Below are positions 19,925-29,827 of a DNA stretch of 64,000 nucleotides, in pieces. The stretch's first letter is position 1, and each line of letters begins with the position of its first letter. A program made the position numbers and the translations under genes. Below the pieces are notes generated by a model that saw only the letters and a program-made list of their open reading frames with translations, did no database searches and was not told the DNA's origin. Location of the stretch: IMG/VR virus record IMGVR_UViG_3300030390_000715, positions 1 through 64,000 of that record. The stretch is one strand, 5' to 3'. The stretch is from a virus.

Positions 19925-20872
19925 ATGAGTCAAAAAGATTTCATCTGGGTCGAGAAATATCGCCCTCAAACCATTGAAGATACAATTCTACCACCAGCCC
20001 TAAAGGCTGTATTTAAAAAGATCGTAAAAACAGGCGAACTGCCTAATATGCTATTCACTGGTTCAGCCGGTCTTGGTAAAACTACAGTAGCTAGAGCTAT
20101 ATGCGAAGTTCTAGGTTATGATTATATCATTGTTAACTGTTCCGAAGACGGCAATATCGATACTCTACGTGGCAAGATCAGACGATTTGCGTCCACTGTA
20201 TCACTAGCTGGTGGTGTAAAAGTCGTTATTCTTGACGAGGCTGATTATCTAAACGCACAGTCAACTCAACCTGCTTTGCGTGGTTTTATCGAAGAGTTCT
20301 CGGATAACTGTAGATTCATTCTAACATGTAACTTTAAAAATCGAATTATCGAACCTCTTCACTCACGATGTGGCGAATATCAATTCAACACATCTAAGAA
20401 AGATATGGCTCAACTTTGTGGTCAATTCATGAAGCGTCTGCAATTTATTCTTGACAGCGAAGGTGTTACGTATAATAATGAAGTGATCGGTAAGATGATC
20501 ATGAAACATGCGCCTGACTGGCGACGAGTCGTAAATGAAGCGCAGAAGTTTTCGATGGGTGGTCAGCTTGAGACCGTTGCGGTAGATGCTAACAATGGCG
20601 ATGCCTTTGAAAGTCTGTTCGAGCATTTGAAAGCGAAAGACTTTAAGAAGATGCGAACGTGGGTCGTTAACAACGTGGATGTCGATGCGTCGGTAATCTT
20701 TCGTGCGGTGTATGATATGATGTACGATAAGGTGAGTGATGATGGTCAGTCCATACCTCAACTTGTTCTTATTCTCGCTGATTATCAATACAAGAATGCG
20801 TTCGTAGCAGATCACGAACTTAATATAGTGGCTTGCATGACCGAGATCATGGCAAACGTGAGTATAAAATAA
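19925..20872 (+). CDS. 44: Clamp loader large subunit gp44
   Basis: WVEKYRP, GSAGLGKTT, LDEAD, SRC. Confidence 0.95.
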   Translation: MSQKDFIWVEKYRPQTIEDTILPPALKAVFKKIVKTGELPNMLFTGSAGLGKTTVARAICEVLGYDYIIVNCSEDGNIDTLRGKIRRFASTVSLAGGVKVVILDEADYLNAQSTQPALRGFIEEFSDNCRFILTCNFKNRIIEPLHSRCGEYQFNTSKKDMAQLCGQFMKRLQFILDSEGVTYNNEVIGKMIMKHAPDWRRVVNEAQKFSMGGQLETVAVDANNGDAFESLFEHLKAKDFKKMRTWVVNNVDVDASVIFRAVYDMMYDKVSDDGQSIPQLVLILADYQYKNAFVADHELNIVACMTEIMANVSIK

Positions 20873-21477
20873 TGATTAACATATATGATTATGAAACATT
20901 GAGTACTGATTTACGGACTGCTCCTGTGGTAAACATAGCGGCTATGTCTATTGATGAAGACCATTTCCTATCAGATACGCCATATGCGTACATGGATATA
21001 GTAGACCAAGCTAAAGAGATGAAGTTTGACGTTAAAGATCAGGTCGAAAACTACGGTCGTGTTATCAATAAAGATACACTCGATTGGTGGAAGAACCAAG
21101 GTCCTGATGCATTAAAGCAGTTAGCACCTAGTCCGGACGATCATTCAATCGAAGACTTGCCAGGATTTTTGCGTGGTGTATTGTCTTCGGGCGATCTAGT
21201 CTATACGCGAGGCAATTCATTTGATCCTGTTCTGACAACATCTATATTCGATATGTTAGGGCAACATGAGCCATACAAGTTCTGGGATGTTCGTGACACT
21301 AGATCCTTTCTTGAGGGTATCGCAGTAGGTCACGGATTGAGTGTCAGGAATTCGTTTATTCCAAAGGGTGTTCCTGAGGGTGCTTTTATTGCTCACAATC
21401 CTTCGCATGATATCGCGATGGACGTATATAGAATGCAGTCATTACTACGCGGAGTTTATTTCAATGAACCCATTTGA
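20872..21477 (+). CDS. dexA: DexA-like 3'-5' exonuclease (DEDDh)
   Basis: YDYETL, RGNSFD, RDTRS, HNPSHDIAMD. Confidence 0.75.
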   Translation: MINIYDYETLSTDLRTAPVVNIAAMSIDEDHFLSDTPYAYMDIVDQAKEMKFDVKDQVENYGRVINKDTLDWWKNQGPDALKQLAPSPDDHSIEDLPGFLRGVLSSGDLVYTRGNSFDPVLTTSIFDMLGQHEPYKFWDVRDTRSFLEGIAVGHGLSVRNSFIPKGVPEGAFIAHNPSHDIAMDVYRMQSLLRGVYFNEPI

Positions 21478-21841
21478 TTATCTGAAAGCGATAAACATGG
21501 ATAAGAAAGATGTCATGGTTGATGATGTGACAGAAAAGGGTTATGCTCCTTATGTGGTGAATAAATCACTATCTTACTTCGCTGATACGGTTGCTATGGC
21601 GAATGCGATGAACATGCACCACCAATTAGATAAAAAACTACAATTTCACTTTTTGCTAAATATAGTCAGAAGAAGGAAGCGATTCTCTAAATGGGCAAAG
21701 CCGACTATTTCTAATGACATTGACGCAGTGAAAGAGTATTATGGATATAGTAGTGCTAAAGCGAATTCCGCCTTGCGACTCCTAACTGATGATCAAATAA
21801 TTGAAATCAAAAAAAGGATCAGTAAAGGTGGAAGGAATTAG
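21464..21841 (+). CDS. 62: Clamp loader small subunit gp62
   Basis: MNPFDYLKAIN, KRFSKWAK, KEYYGYS. Confidence 0.9.
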   Translation: MNPFDYLKAINMDKKDVMVDDVTEKGYAPYVVNKSLSYFADTVAMANAMNMHHQLDKKLQFHFLLNIVRRRKRFSKWAKPTISNDIDAVKEYYGYSSAKANSALRLLTDDQIIEIKKRISKGGRN

Positions 21842-22232
21842 ATTATGGACTTCGTCCGATATGTTAGAAGTTATTCTCAAGGAGCCAGATGACTTTCTGA
21901 AAGTGAGAGAGACATTAACACGAATGGGAGTGGCTTCCCGTAAGGAACAGAAGTTGTTCCAGTCTTGTCATATACTTCATAAGCAAGGCAGATATTTCAT
22001 TGTGCATTTCAAAGAGTTGTTCTTATTAGACGGCAAAAAGTCTAATCTCGAAGATGGTGACTTACAACGTAGAAATAGCATTACACAACTATTATCCGAT
22101 TGGGGTTTAGTTAAGATTGTTGATACAAAGATGGTGGCTGACCAAGCATCTCTTAGAACGATCAAGATTATATCTCATAAAGAGAAAGATCAATGGGAGT
22201 TATGCCCCAAATATAATATAGGTAATAAATGA
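21828..22232 (+). CDS. regA: Translational repressor RegA
   Basis: DDFLKVRETLTRMG, QSCHILHKQGRYFIVHFKELF, PKYNIG. Confidence 0.95.
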   Translation: MEGIRLWTSSDMLEVILKEPDDFLKVRETLTRMGVASRKEQKLFQSCHILHKQGRYFIVHFKELFLLDGKKSNLEDGDLQRRNSITQLLSDWGLVKIVDTKMVADQASLRTIKIISHKEKDQWELCPKYNIGNK

Positions 22233-22408
22233 AAGTAGAAGAGCATATCAGTGCGATGGAAGAGTTATTCGGTACTCTTCCAGAGCCTGAACATCATCCC
22301 AAAAGATTTGCGTATTTAGTTAAATTATATAAGTTTTATTTGCAAAATTCACATAAAACTGTTATAAATAACGAGGCAGATCAAAAGCAAGACCAGTCTA
22401 AAAAGTAA
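22229..22408 (+). CDS. Small hypothetical protein (59 aa, not in ORF track)
   Basis: MKVEEHISAMEELFGTLPEPEHHPKRFAYLVKLY...; overlaps regA stop. Confidence 0.5.
   Translation: MKVEEHISAMEELFGTLPEPEHHPKRFAYLVKLYKFYLQNSHKTVINNEADQKQDQSKK
22363..22370 (+). promoter_or_regulatory. T4-type late promoter
   Basis: TATAAATA ahead of a structured leader. Confidence 0.6.
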
Positions 22409-22418
22409 CAAAACGAAC

Positions 22419-22483
22419 AGCACCACGGTGACTGCTACCCTTTCGAGGGTACTACATGTCGGGCGGCTTTAAATCGTCACGAC
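22419..22483 (+). ncRNA. Candidate structured leader RNA
   Basis: Three consecutive hairpins including TACCCT-TTCG-AGGGTA. Confidence 0.4.
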
Positions 22484-22520
22484 TAAATTTAATCTTAACT
22501 AATAAGGAACCTCAAAAGTT

Positions 22521-22649
22521 ATGGCAATTTTACTCAGAGCGACACGACGAGTATCACGCCCAGAGATTATCACAACCGCACAGACAACGCTCACGTTAAT
22601 GATACCCGCGTTTACTGTCTGGTTAGCGATATCAGCAAGCACATTATAA
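22521..22649 (+). CDS. Small membrane peptide (42 aa, not in ORF track)
   Basis: AAGGA RBS; MAILLRATRRVSRPEIITTAQTTLTLMIPAFTVWLAISASTL; basic N-terminus and hydrophobic C-terminus. Confidence 0.5.
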   Translation: MAILLRATRRVSRPEIITTAQTTLTLMIPAFTVWLAISASTL

Positions 22650-22721
22650 GAAGTGTATAAACAGTTTCATGGGGTCTACTGTTAAAACAAGCCCCACCCA
22701 AATTCTATAAGTGAGTGATTG

Positions 22722-23444
22722 ATGATTGAAGCATATATGGGAGTTGATTTTAATAATCCTCTTGCAGTTAAATATAATGAATTGTCCATAAAGTCATTCG
22801 CACCAGTTTCGCATTATTTCAATATTAACGTCATACAGTGTATCACTCCTGGTACACTTTTAGATTCGATCACGTTATCAAAACATAAAGATCGATCTCC
22901 TCAAGAGCAGGCACATATACATTCCACCTACAGATTGATGAAAAGAATCGCTAACGGTGAGCGGCTATGGATTATGGAGCATGATGCATATCTTTATCCG
23001 GAACATGTTGACTTGTTCGAGCGTATTATGTTAAAATACAAAGAAATGCCAACATGCAACATAGGTATCGCTCTGGAGTGCTATACGGTTGCTCCAATCG
23101 TCGCCTCCCTGTTCTGTTCCTATATTGAACATGATGACAGTCATAATTGCAGAGGACCAATGTCTGTTCTTCATACTATCACCGACAAACACTGCGCGAA
23201 TGTGGACAATCGCATACGTAATGTTTACTGGCCCAAGAACGGTATGGAGAATTTGACGGGTGTTTCAACTAATGTTTCGAACGCGCATAATAGACCCGAA
23301 GTTATTTTACCTAGTCCGGTCACTCAACTGATAGACGAAAGCTTGGGTTGTACAGTTACAGATAGAACTAGATTTCAAGGTAAAGATAGGTTCTATAACG
23401 AAACGACACATCCAAACTTTCATTTCGTGACACTTGACAAATAG
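22722..23444 (+). CDS. Glycosyltransferase family 25-like protein
   Basis: AHIHSTYRLMK...WIMEHDA resembles the GT25 'SH..LW...ILEHDA' motif. Confidence 0.45.
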   Translation: MIEAYMGVDFNNPLAVKYNELSIKSFAPVSHYFNINVIQCITPGTLLDSITLSKHKDRSPQEQAHIHSTYRLMKRIANGERLWIMEHDAYLYPEHVDLFERIMLKYKEMPTCNIGIALECYTVAPIVASLFCSYIEHDDSHNCRGPMSVLHTITDKHCANVDNRIRNVYWPKNGMENLTGVSTNVSNAHNRPEVILPSPVTQLIDESLGCTVTDRTRFQGKDRFYNETTHPNFHFVTLDK

Positions 23445-23485
23445 CACAAAACCTAGTATAATGCGCTATACACTATGGAGAAACT

Positions 23486-25927
23486 ATGAAATTTTATACT
23501 AACGTGACCCGATATGGTAACAAACTTCTTTATCGCGGTTATGACAATGGCACACAAATACAGCACCGCATACCTTATCAACCCACATTATTTGTCACTT
23601 CGACTAAAGCTACAGGTGAATTCAAGACCCTATATGATATTCCAGTTGAGCCTATGGAATTTGATGATATGAAGGAAGCATCCGATTTCTCAAAGCAATA
23701 CGAAGGCGTCAAAAACTTTGATGTTCACGGGCAGACTAATTTCGTTACGCAGTTTATCAGTAAGACGTTTAAGCAAGAAGACCTAGAATGGAATCTCGAG
23801 GATATCAATATCTGTTACTTTGATATCGAAGTTCTATCCACAAACGGATTCCCTAAGCCGCGTGATGCAGAAGCTCCTGTCACGGCTATTTGCTGTAAGA
23901 GTAGCAAGCAAGGCTCATTTATTGTATGGGGTCTAAAGCCATACGACCCTTCTATGAATCCTGATAATCATCCTATCGAATACTATCTAATGCAAGACGA
24001 GAAGGCTTTGCTTCGTGCCTACTTAGACTGGTGGAGTGCTAATTGCCCTGATGTTGTTACCGGATGGAATTCTAAGATGTTTGATATTCCTTATCTAGTC
24101 AACCGCATTGCCAAGATCATAAACGCTGATGCTATCAAAGCATTATCACCATGGGGCTTGGTGCGTGAACGAGAGGTCCGTACTGCATATAGTACAGAGC
24201 AGACATATGATATCGAAGGTGTTTCCCATCTTGATTATCTTGACCTATTCAAAAAGTTCGGTAAGCAGATATACGGTGAGCAAGAATCTTATAGACTCGG
24301 TCATGTAGCCCAGACTATTCTTGGTGTAGACAAGTTAGCGTTTGAAGAAGATAATTTGTCGGAGTTATATGCGAATGATCACCAAACGTACATCGACTAT
24401 AATATTAGAGATGTAGACTTGATCATGAGGTTCGAAGAGAAGACGGCTCTTATTGCACTAGCATTGACTATGGCATATCAAGCAAAAGTTAATTATACTG
24501 ATACTTTCGGTACAACTTCTATATGGGATTCGATCATCTATAATGAGTTGATACGAAAGAATGTTATCATACCTCCTAGACCACCCTTAGATCATGATGT
24601 CGATAAGATCGTAGGTGGTTATGTTAAAGATCCACAAGTCGGATCGCACAATTGGGTAACGTCCTTTGATTTAAACTCTCTGTATCCTAACATTCTTGTC
24701 CAATACAATATGTCACCCGAGACTATGTGCTACGATGAAGATATTCCTACAGCCCGAGCGGCTAACGGTGCTTCATTTAGAAAAGATAAAGAGGGTGTTA
24801 TTCCTACTGTTATTCGTAAGTACTATTCGAATCGTGCTGTCATTAAAAAGAATATGATTAAAGCGCAACAAGAATACGAGACTGCACCGACTAAGGTATT
24901 AGAGAATCAAATTGCTACCATGAATAATCAGCAGATGGCTATTAAGATTCTTATGAACAGTTTGTATGGCGCACTGGCTAACAAATACTTCAGATACTTT
25001 GATCAGCGAATTGCCGAGGGTGTCACTATGTCAGGGCAACGCGCAATCAAACATGCCGAAGTCGCTGTTAATGACGAGATGAATAAGCTCCTCAAGTCTG
25101 ATAAAGATTATGTCATCGCAATGGATACAGATTCCCTCTACATTAATATGGAAGCTCTTGTCGATAAGTTCAAGCCTGATAATCCAGTTAAGTTTCTTGA
25201 TAAGATATGTTCTGAACATTTTGAGAAAGTGTTGAAGTCTTCGTATGCAACATTAGCAGAAGATACAGGCGCATACATGAATCGTATGGAAATGGGTCGA
25301 GAGGTCATTGCGGATCGTGGAATATGGTTAGCAAAGAAGCGGTATATTTTAAATGTGCATAATAATGAAGGTGTACAGTACGCAGAACCTAAATTAAAGA
25401 TGATGGGCATCGAAGCTATTAAATCATCGACACCTCAGATAGTTCGTCAAAAGTTTAAAGAAGTCTTCAAGGTTATCATTGAAGGTAGTGAAGATGATGC
25501 ACAGGCGTTTATTCGTAAGTTCAAGCGTGAATTCAGTTCGCTTAATCCAGAAGATGTCGCGTTTCCTAGAGGCATTTCTGACTTGACTAAGTATAAAGAT
25601 CGTGTGAGTATATACGGTAAGAAGTGTCCGATTCATGTTCGAGGCGCGCTTCTATATAATCATTATATCGAGAAAGCTGGATTACAAGACAAGTATGAGC
25701 TAGTCAAAGATGGTGAGAAAGTCAAGTTTCTTTATCTAAAGCTTCCGAATCGAATTAAGGAGAATGTTGTTGCGTTTCCTGTTCGATTACCAAAAGAGAT
25801 AGGTGTTCATCCACAGATTGATTTTGATACTCAATACAAAAAAGCTTTTCTTGACCCGCTTGAGCCCATTCTGAGTGCAGTTGGATGGAGTTCTGAACCC
25901 AGATCGTCATTAGAGGATTTCTTTTAG
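23486..25927 (+). CDS. 43: Family B DNA polymerase gp43
   Basis: [43 protein letters not shown] promoter at ~23434. Confidence 0.97.
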   Translation: MKFYTNVTRYGNKLLYRGYDNGTQIQHRIPYQPTLFVTSTKATGEFKTLYDIPVEPMEFDDMKEASDFSKQYEGVKNFDVHGQTNFVTQFISKTFKQEDLEWNLEDINICYFDIEVLSTNGFPKPRDAEAPVTAICCKSSKQGSFIVWGLKPYDPSMNPDNHPIEYYLMQDEKALLRAYLDWWSANCPDVVTGWNSKMFDIPYLVNRIAKIINADAIKALSPWGLVREREVRTAYSTEQTYDIEGVSHLDYLDLFKKFGKQIYGEQESYRLGHVAQTILGVDKLAFEEDNLSELYANDHQTYIDYNIRDVDLIMRFEEKTALIALALTMAYQAKVNYTDTFGTTSIWDSIIYNELIRKNVIIPPRPPLDHDVDKIVGGYVKDPQVGSHNWVTSFDLNSLYPNILVQYNMSPETMCYDEDIPTARAANGASFRKDKEGVIPTVIRKYYSNRAVIKKNMIKAQQEYETAPTKVLENQIATMNNQQMAIKILMNSLYGALANKYFRYFDQRIAEGVTMSGQRAIKHAEVAVNDEMNKLLKSDKDYVIAMDTDSLYINMEALVDKFKPDNPVKFLDKICSEHFEKVLKSSYATLAEDTGAYMNRMEMGREVIADRGIWLAKKRYILNVHNNEGVQYAEPKLKMMGIEAIKSSTPQIVRQKFKEVFKVIIEGSEDDAQAFIRKFKREFSSLNPEDVAFPRGISDLTKYKDRVSIYGKKCPIHVRGALLYNHYIEKAGLQDKYELVKDGEKVKFLYLKLPNRIKENVVAFPVRLPKEIGVHPQIDFDTQYKKAFLDPLEPILSAVGWSSEPRSSLEDFF

Positions 25928-25928
25928 A

Positions 25929-26519
25929 ATGAACTTAAATCATTTATCATTCCCCGACTTTGGTTGGGGTTACATGCCACCAACTCAACAAGTGTTCGAC
26001 GCGTTCGAGTTTGTTCAAAGTGTCTATGCACCAAAGTCGGTGTTAGAGATCGGATTTCATATAGGGCATTCTACCACATATCAACTAGAGATATACAAAG
26101 ACGCGAAAATAGTGGGAGTGTCTCCTGATAATGAAGTTATAGGTCGACCGGGTGATAGCATTGATCCTCAAGTTAGACGAGATATGGTCGGGATTCTCAA
26201 TGAAAAGTATATCAATCGATTCACGTGGATCAAAGGTAAGACAAAAGAAAGTCATGTAGCAGAGGCACTTGATCAATACCATTTCGACTTTGCGCTAGTT
26301 GACGGCAATCATTCAGAGGATGCGGCTACTGTAGATATGATAATGATGTACGACTTGAACATACCAAATCTATTGATCGATAACTGGGACCAACGACCCG
26401 TCAAAGAGGCTGTCGACAAGCATGGTATGTATGAGCTAGTAAAAGAATTCGACTATCGCCAGACATTCAAAGGTAAGACCGTGACGAATCAGATGGCAGT
26501 CCTACGGATGAAGAGATAA
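25929..26519 (+). CDS. Class I SAM-dependent methyltransferase
   Basis: VLEIGFHIGHS, FDFALVDGNH. Confidence 0.75.
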   Translation: MNLNHLSFPDFGWGYMPPTQQVFDAFEFVQSVYAPKSVLEIGFHIGHSTTYQLEIYKDAKIVGVSPDNEVIGRPGDSIDPQVRRDMVGILNEKYINRFTWIKGKTKESHVAEALDQYHFDFALVDGNHSEDAATVDMIMMYDLNIPNLLIDNWDQRPVKEAVDKHGMYELVKEFDYRQTFKGKTVTNQMAVLRMKR

Positions 26520-26561
26520 AAAAACTATTGACATTGATTGCAGAACCTGCTATAATACATT

Positions 26562-27497
26562 ATGAATTATAAACTGACTATATTTAAAAACAGATACGAC
26601 AACGTAACTTCAAAAACTATGTGCTTTAATACGTGGCACGAGTTCGTTTCCCTGCTAAATAAACTTGCGAAAGTGAATAACACTAAGGCTACAGCACCAC
26701 TAATTAGCCCTGCAATATACACAGAAGAAACTACAAGGAGTAACAAGAATGTTGAAGTCTGGGCGGGGTGGTGCGCACTTGATGTGGATGATCATAGCTT
26801 CGGCAATGACATTCACGTTCTTCAGTCTGAGCTTACACGATTGTTTGCTCCTTATGATTTTGTGTGCTACAGTACTGCTAGTAGTAATCCTGATTGCCTT
26901 AAGTTTCGCCTTGTCTTTCGAATTGACTCTCATATCGAAAGGGAACAGATTCCTAAGTTTTGGTTCGCTCTCAACGCTGAAGTTGGTGAGATCGGAGACG
27001 CGCAAACAAAGGATCTCTCGCGCATGTATTACGTACCTGCCAATTATACTGGAGCTTCTAACTTCTGTTTTAGTCACGACGGCGGCTCTCCAATTGATTC
27101 ATTCGCTTTAATAATAAAGCACCCTTATGTACAGAAGACTGGCAATTCATTCTTAGATCGACTACCTCCAGAAATGCAGAAAGCTGTGGTCGAACATCGA
27201 AAAACTTCTATGACTACCACCGATATCTATTGGACAAACTACAAAGATTGCCCTTTCTTTCCTAGGCGTTTGGGTGTAGAATATCAAACAATGACAGAAA
27301 CTGGTTGGTATAGAAAAATGTATCAGATAATGATTGCAGTCGCAGGTTCTGCGATTAAACGCGGTTATCCAATTACCGCAAAGCAAGTAGCTGATATGTG
27401 TAGACAGCTAGATAATGACACAGGTAATTGGTATGAGACTAGACCGTTAGAAGTAGAAGCTGATAGAGCAGTAGAATATGCGTATCGAAATAATTAA
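26562..27497 (+). CDS. Primase-polymerase-like (AEP-type) protein
   Basis: LDVDD, YSTAS, KFRLV, DAQTKDLSRMYYVP; own sigma70 promoter at ~26528. Confidence 0.6.
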   Translation: MNYKLTIFKNRYDNVTSKTMCFNTWHEFVSLLNKLAKVNNTKATAPLISPAIYTEETTRSNKNVEVWAGWCALDVDDHSFGNDIHVLQSELTRLFAPYDFVCYSTASSNPDCLKFRLVFRIDSHIEREQIPKFWFALNAEVGEIGDAQTKDLSRMYYVPANYTGASNFCFSHDGGSPIDSFALIIKHPYVQKTGNSFLDRLPPEMQKAVVEHRKTSMTTTDIYWTNYKDCPFFPRRLGVEYQTMTETGWYRKMYQIMIAVAGSAIKRGYPITAKQVADMCRQLDNDTGNWYETRPLEVEADRAVEYAYRNN

Positions 27498-27520
27498 ACT
27501 TAACTAGAAGGTAGATGTAA

Positions 27521-28435
27521 ATGAGTGATGAAGTAGAAGATGGTGTGGTAGTGCCTATGCGTGAGGACATGGCAATGATGGCTACTGGTGAGCAACCGGT
27601 CGAAGATAAAAGATCACAAAAACTAAGGATTGGTGTTGTGGGTAATGATCTAGTAGCTAATGCTATGGGTATAGCCTTTGATCCTAATATCGTCGAGGTT
27701 ATGCGCGTCGATGGTTTAGAGCAGATCGATGACTTGATCGATTGGCATCCAGGTGTTACGTTCTTATGCAGTCCAATTAAAGTTCTTGAGAATGATTCGG
27801 TCGACGATGCTGATCTTATCAATATGATAGCCAAGCTTATCAAAAGTTGTGGTAGCGGTATTTGTATTAGAAGTACTTTGGCTATTGAAACTGTCGAGCG
27901 ATTGATTAAAGCTTTGAGTTACGAAGTTGTATTGAATAAAGTTGTTTATAATCCTGTCATGTCTGATAGCACTGATGTAGGAGCTATTCTGACTCCTTCA
28001 ATCGAGTATTTCGGTGCAAGCGACGATGTGTTATCAAAGCATATGGATATTATGAGAGGCACTTCTATTATGTCGGTGTCGCAGATCCGATCGGGTAGTA
28101 TCTTTGAAGTCGTATATGCAAAGTTAGCCATTAACGGTTTTAAAGCTGTTAAACAAACTTTCTTTAATCAGTTGCATGATACTATTATGGATTGTGGTGG
28201 AGCAAGCCCGTCCAATGTTCGAAGATTAATTGAAACAAGTGAAGCACTCACAGATCGAAGCGCGATGGTTCCAACATTCGTTCGTGCGAAGGCTGATAGT
28301 GGCATGACTCACAAACGGGCTCGCTCATTTAGTGGTGAATTTGAAAATGATGTTCGAGTACTTTCGAGCATGACCGATAAAATACCTCTGCTTGACGAGT
28401 GCATTAACTATAAAAATATTGTTGATAAGGATTAA
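27521..28435 (+). CDS. Degenerate UDP-glucose dehydrogenase-like protein
   Basis: IRST, VYNP, KLAINGFKAVKQTFFNQ motifs present; Gly-rich loop and GGxC motif are degenerate. Confidence 0.6.
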   Translation: MSDEVEDGVVVPMREDMAMMATGEQPVEDKRSQKLRIGVVGNDLVANAMGIAFDPNIVEVMRVDGLEQIDDLIDWHPGVTFLCSPIKVLENDSVDDADLINMIAKLIKSCGSGICIRSTLAIETVERLIKALSYEVVLNKVVYNPVMSDSTDVGAILTPSIEYFGASDDVLSKHMDIMRGTSIMSVSQIRSGSIFEVVYAKLAINGFKAVKQTFFNQLHDTIMDCGGASPSNVRRLIETSEALTDRSAMVPTFVRAKADSGMTHKRARSFSGEFENDVRVLSSMTDKIPLLDECINYKNIVDKD

Positions 28436-28438
28436 TAT

Positions 28439-29467
28439 ATGAGTATAATGGATAAATTGAAGAGTAATTCCAAGATTAAAGAAACTGCTACGATGTCAAA
28501 ATCACAGTATTTTCAAGCTAAACAATCTACTATAACTGATGTGCCCATGTTGAATGTGGCACTATCAGGTGAATTGGAGGGCGGTCTTATTCCTGGTATG
28601 ACAGTTTTAGCTGGACCCAGTAAGCACTTTAAAACTTCGTTTGCATTAAAGATCGCTAGTGCATATCTAAAGGCTGACCCTGAAGCTATCATGTTATTTT
28701 ATGATTCTGAGTTTGGTTCTCCTCAAGGCTACTTCGAGAATTTTGGTATTGATGTGAGTCGTGTTCTACACACACCCATCATTAATGTCGAAAAGCTAAA
28801 GTTCGATATTATGAGCCAACTTGAGCAGATCGAAAAGAAAGATAAGGTTATTATTGTTATCGATTCTATTGGTAACCTAGCCTCTAAGAAAGAAATGGAA
28901 GATGCGCTGAGTGAAAAAAGTGTTGCGGATATGTCCCGAGCAAAAGCTTTGAAAGGTTTGTTCCGTATGATCACGCCTTACTTGAAGATGCGAGAGATTC
29001 CACTTTTAGCTATCAATCATACGTACAAAGAGATTGGTCTATATCCTAAAGATATTGTTGGTGGCGGTACAGGCATTTATTATAGTGCTGATACTATCTG
29101 GATTATTGGTCGTCGCCAGAACAAGACTGGCACAGAGATTGATGGCTATGACTTTATCATTAAAGTAGAGAAGTCTAGATTTGTCAAAGAGCAGTCAAAG
29201 ATACCGATCACAGTAACTTGGGAAGGTGGTATTGAGACTTATTCTGGTCTACTTGACGTAGCACTTCTTGGTGGCTTTGTGACTAAACCATCGAACGGTT
29301 GGTATCAGAAAGCTGGTGCTGAAAATAAAGTTCGTATGAAAGATACACTCACCAAAGAGTTCTGGAATGATATTCTTGCTAATTCTGAGTTTCAAGACTT
29401 TATGGAAAAGCAATATCAGATTGGTAAAAAAGCTGATGTCACACTAGAAATTGAGGAAGCATACTAA
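28439..29467 (+). CDS. uvsX: RecA-like recombinase UvsX
   Basis: AGPSKHFKT, YDSEFG, DSIGNLAS, GGGTG. Confidence 0.95.
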   Translation: MSIMDKLKSNSKIKETATMSKSQYFQAKQSTITDVPMLNVALSGELEGGLIPGMTVLAGPSKHFKTSFALKIASAYLKADPEAIMLFYDSEFGSPQGYFENFGIDVSRVLHTPIINVEKLKFDIMSQLEQIEKKDKVIIVIDSIGNLASKKEMEDALSEKSVADMSRAKALKGLFRMITPYLKMREIPLLAINHTYKEIGLYPKDIVGGGTGIYYSADTIWIIGRRQNKTGTEIDGYDFIIKVEKSRFVKEQSKIPITVTWEGGIETYSGLLDVALLGGFVTKPSNGWYQKAGAENKVRMKDTLTKEFWNDILANSEFQDFMEKQYQIGKKADVTLEIEEAY

Positions 29468-29820
29468 TGGCTGGATTAGTTGAGGGGACTGACTACGTGT
29501 TAGTCCCCGCTGATGGTTCACACGGCAACGATCAAGCGTGGGATGTCAGAATCGAAAGAGGACCTTACACCGAGACTGTATTGAGATATGGTAATATAAA
29601 AGCCGACGAAAATAATGGTTGCCTTAAGTTCAGTTTTATGATACAATCTAGTCCTAGCGAAGTTACTACTGAAGATCCAGCGATGCAAGAGTACGCAGGT
29701 TTGGTTCTTGAAAGTTTGCTAGAAACTGCCGCAGAAGATGGATCATTACAAGCTACCTCTGCGAAAGATGGTTGGAAAGAAATCTCGGAAGAGCAACACG
29801 ACAATTTAATGAGAACCTAG
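29467..29820 (+). CDS. gp40-like head vertex assembly chaperone
   Basis: Synteny uvsX-40-41; GPYTETVLRYGNI. Confidence 0.55.
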   Translation: MAGLVEGTDYVLVPADGSHGNDQAWDVRIERGPYTETVLRYGNIKADENNGCLKFSFMIQSSPSEVTTEDPAMQEYAGLVLESLLETAAEDGSLQATSAKDGWKEISEEQHDNLMRT

Positions 29821-29827
29821 GTAATAC

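Noticed and set aside
23486..25927. Intein or intron in DNA polymerase, helicase or capsid genes
   Set aside because: The lengths and motif spacing are normal and uninterrupted.
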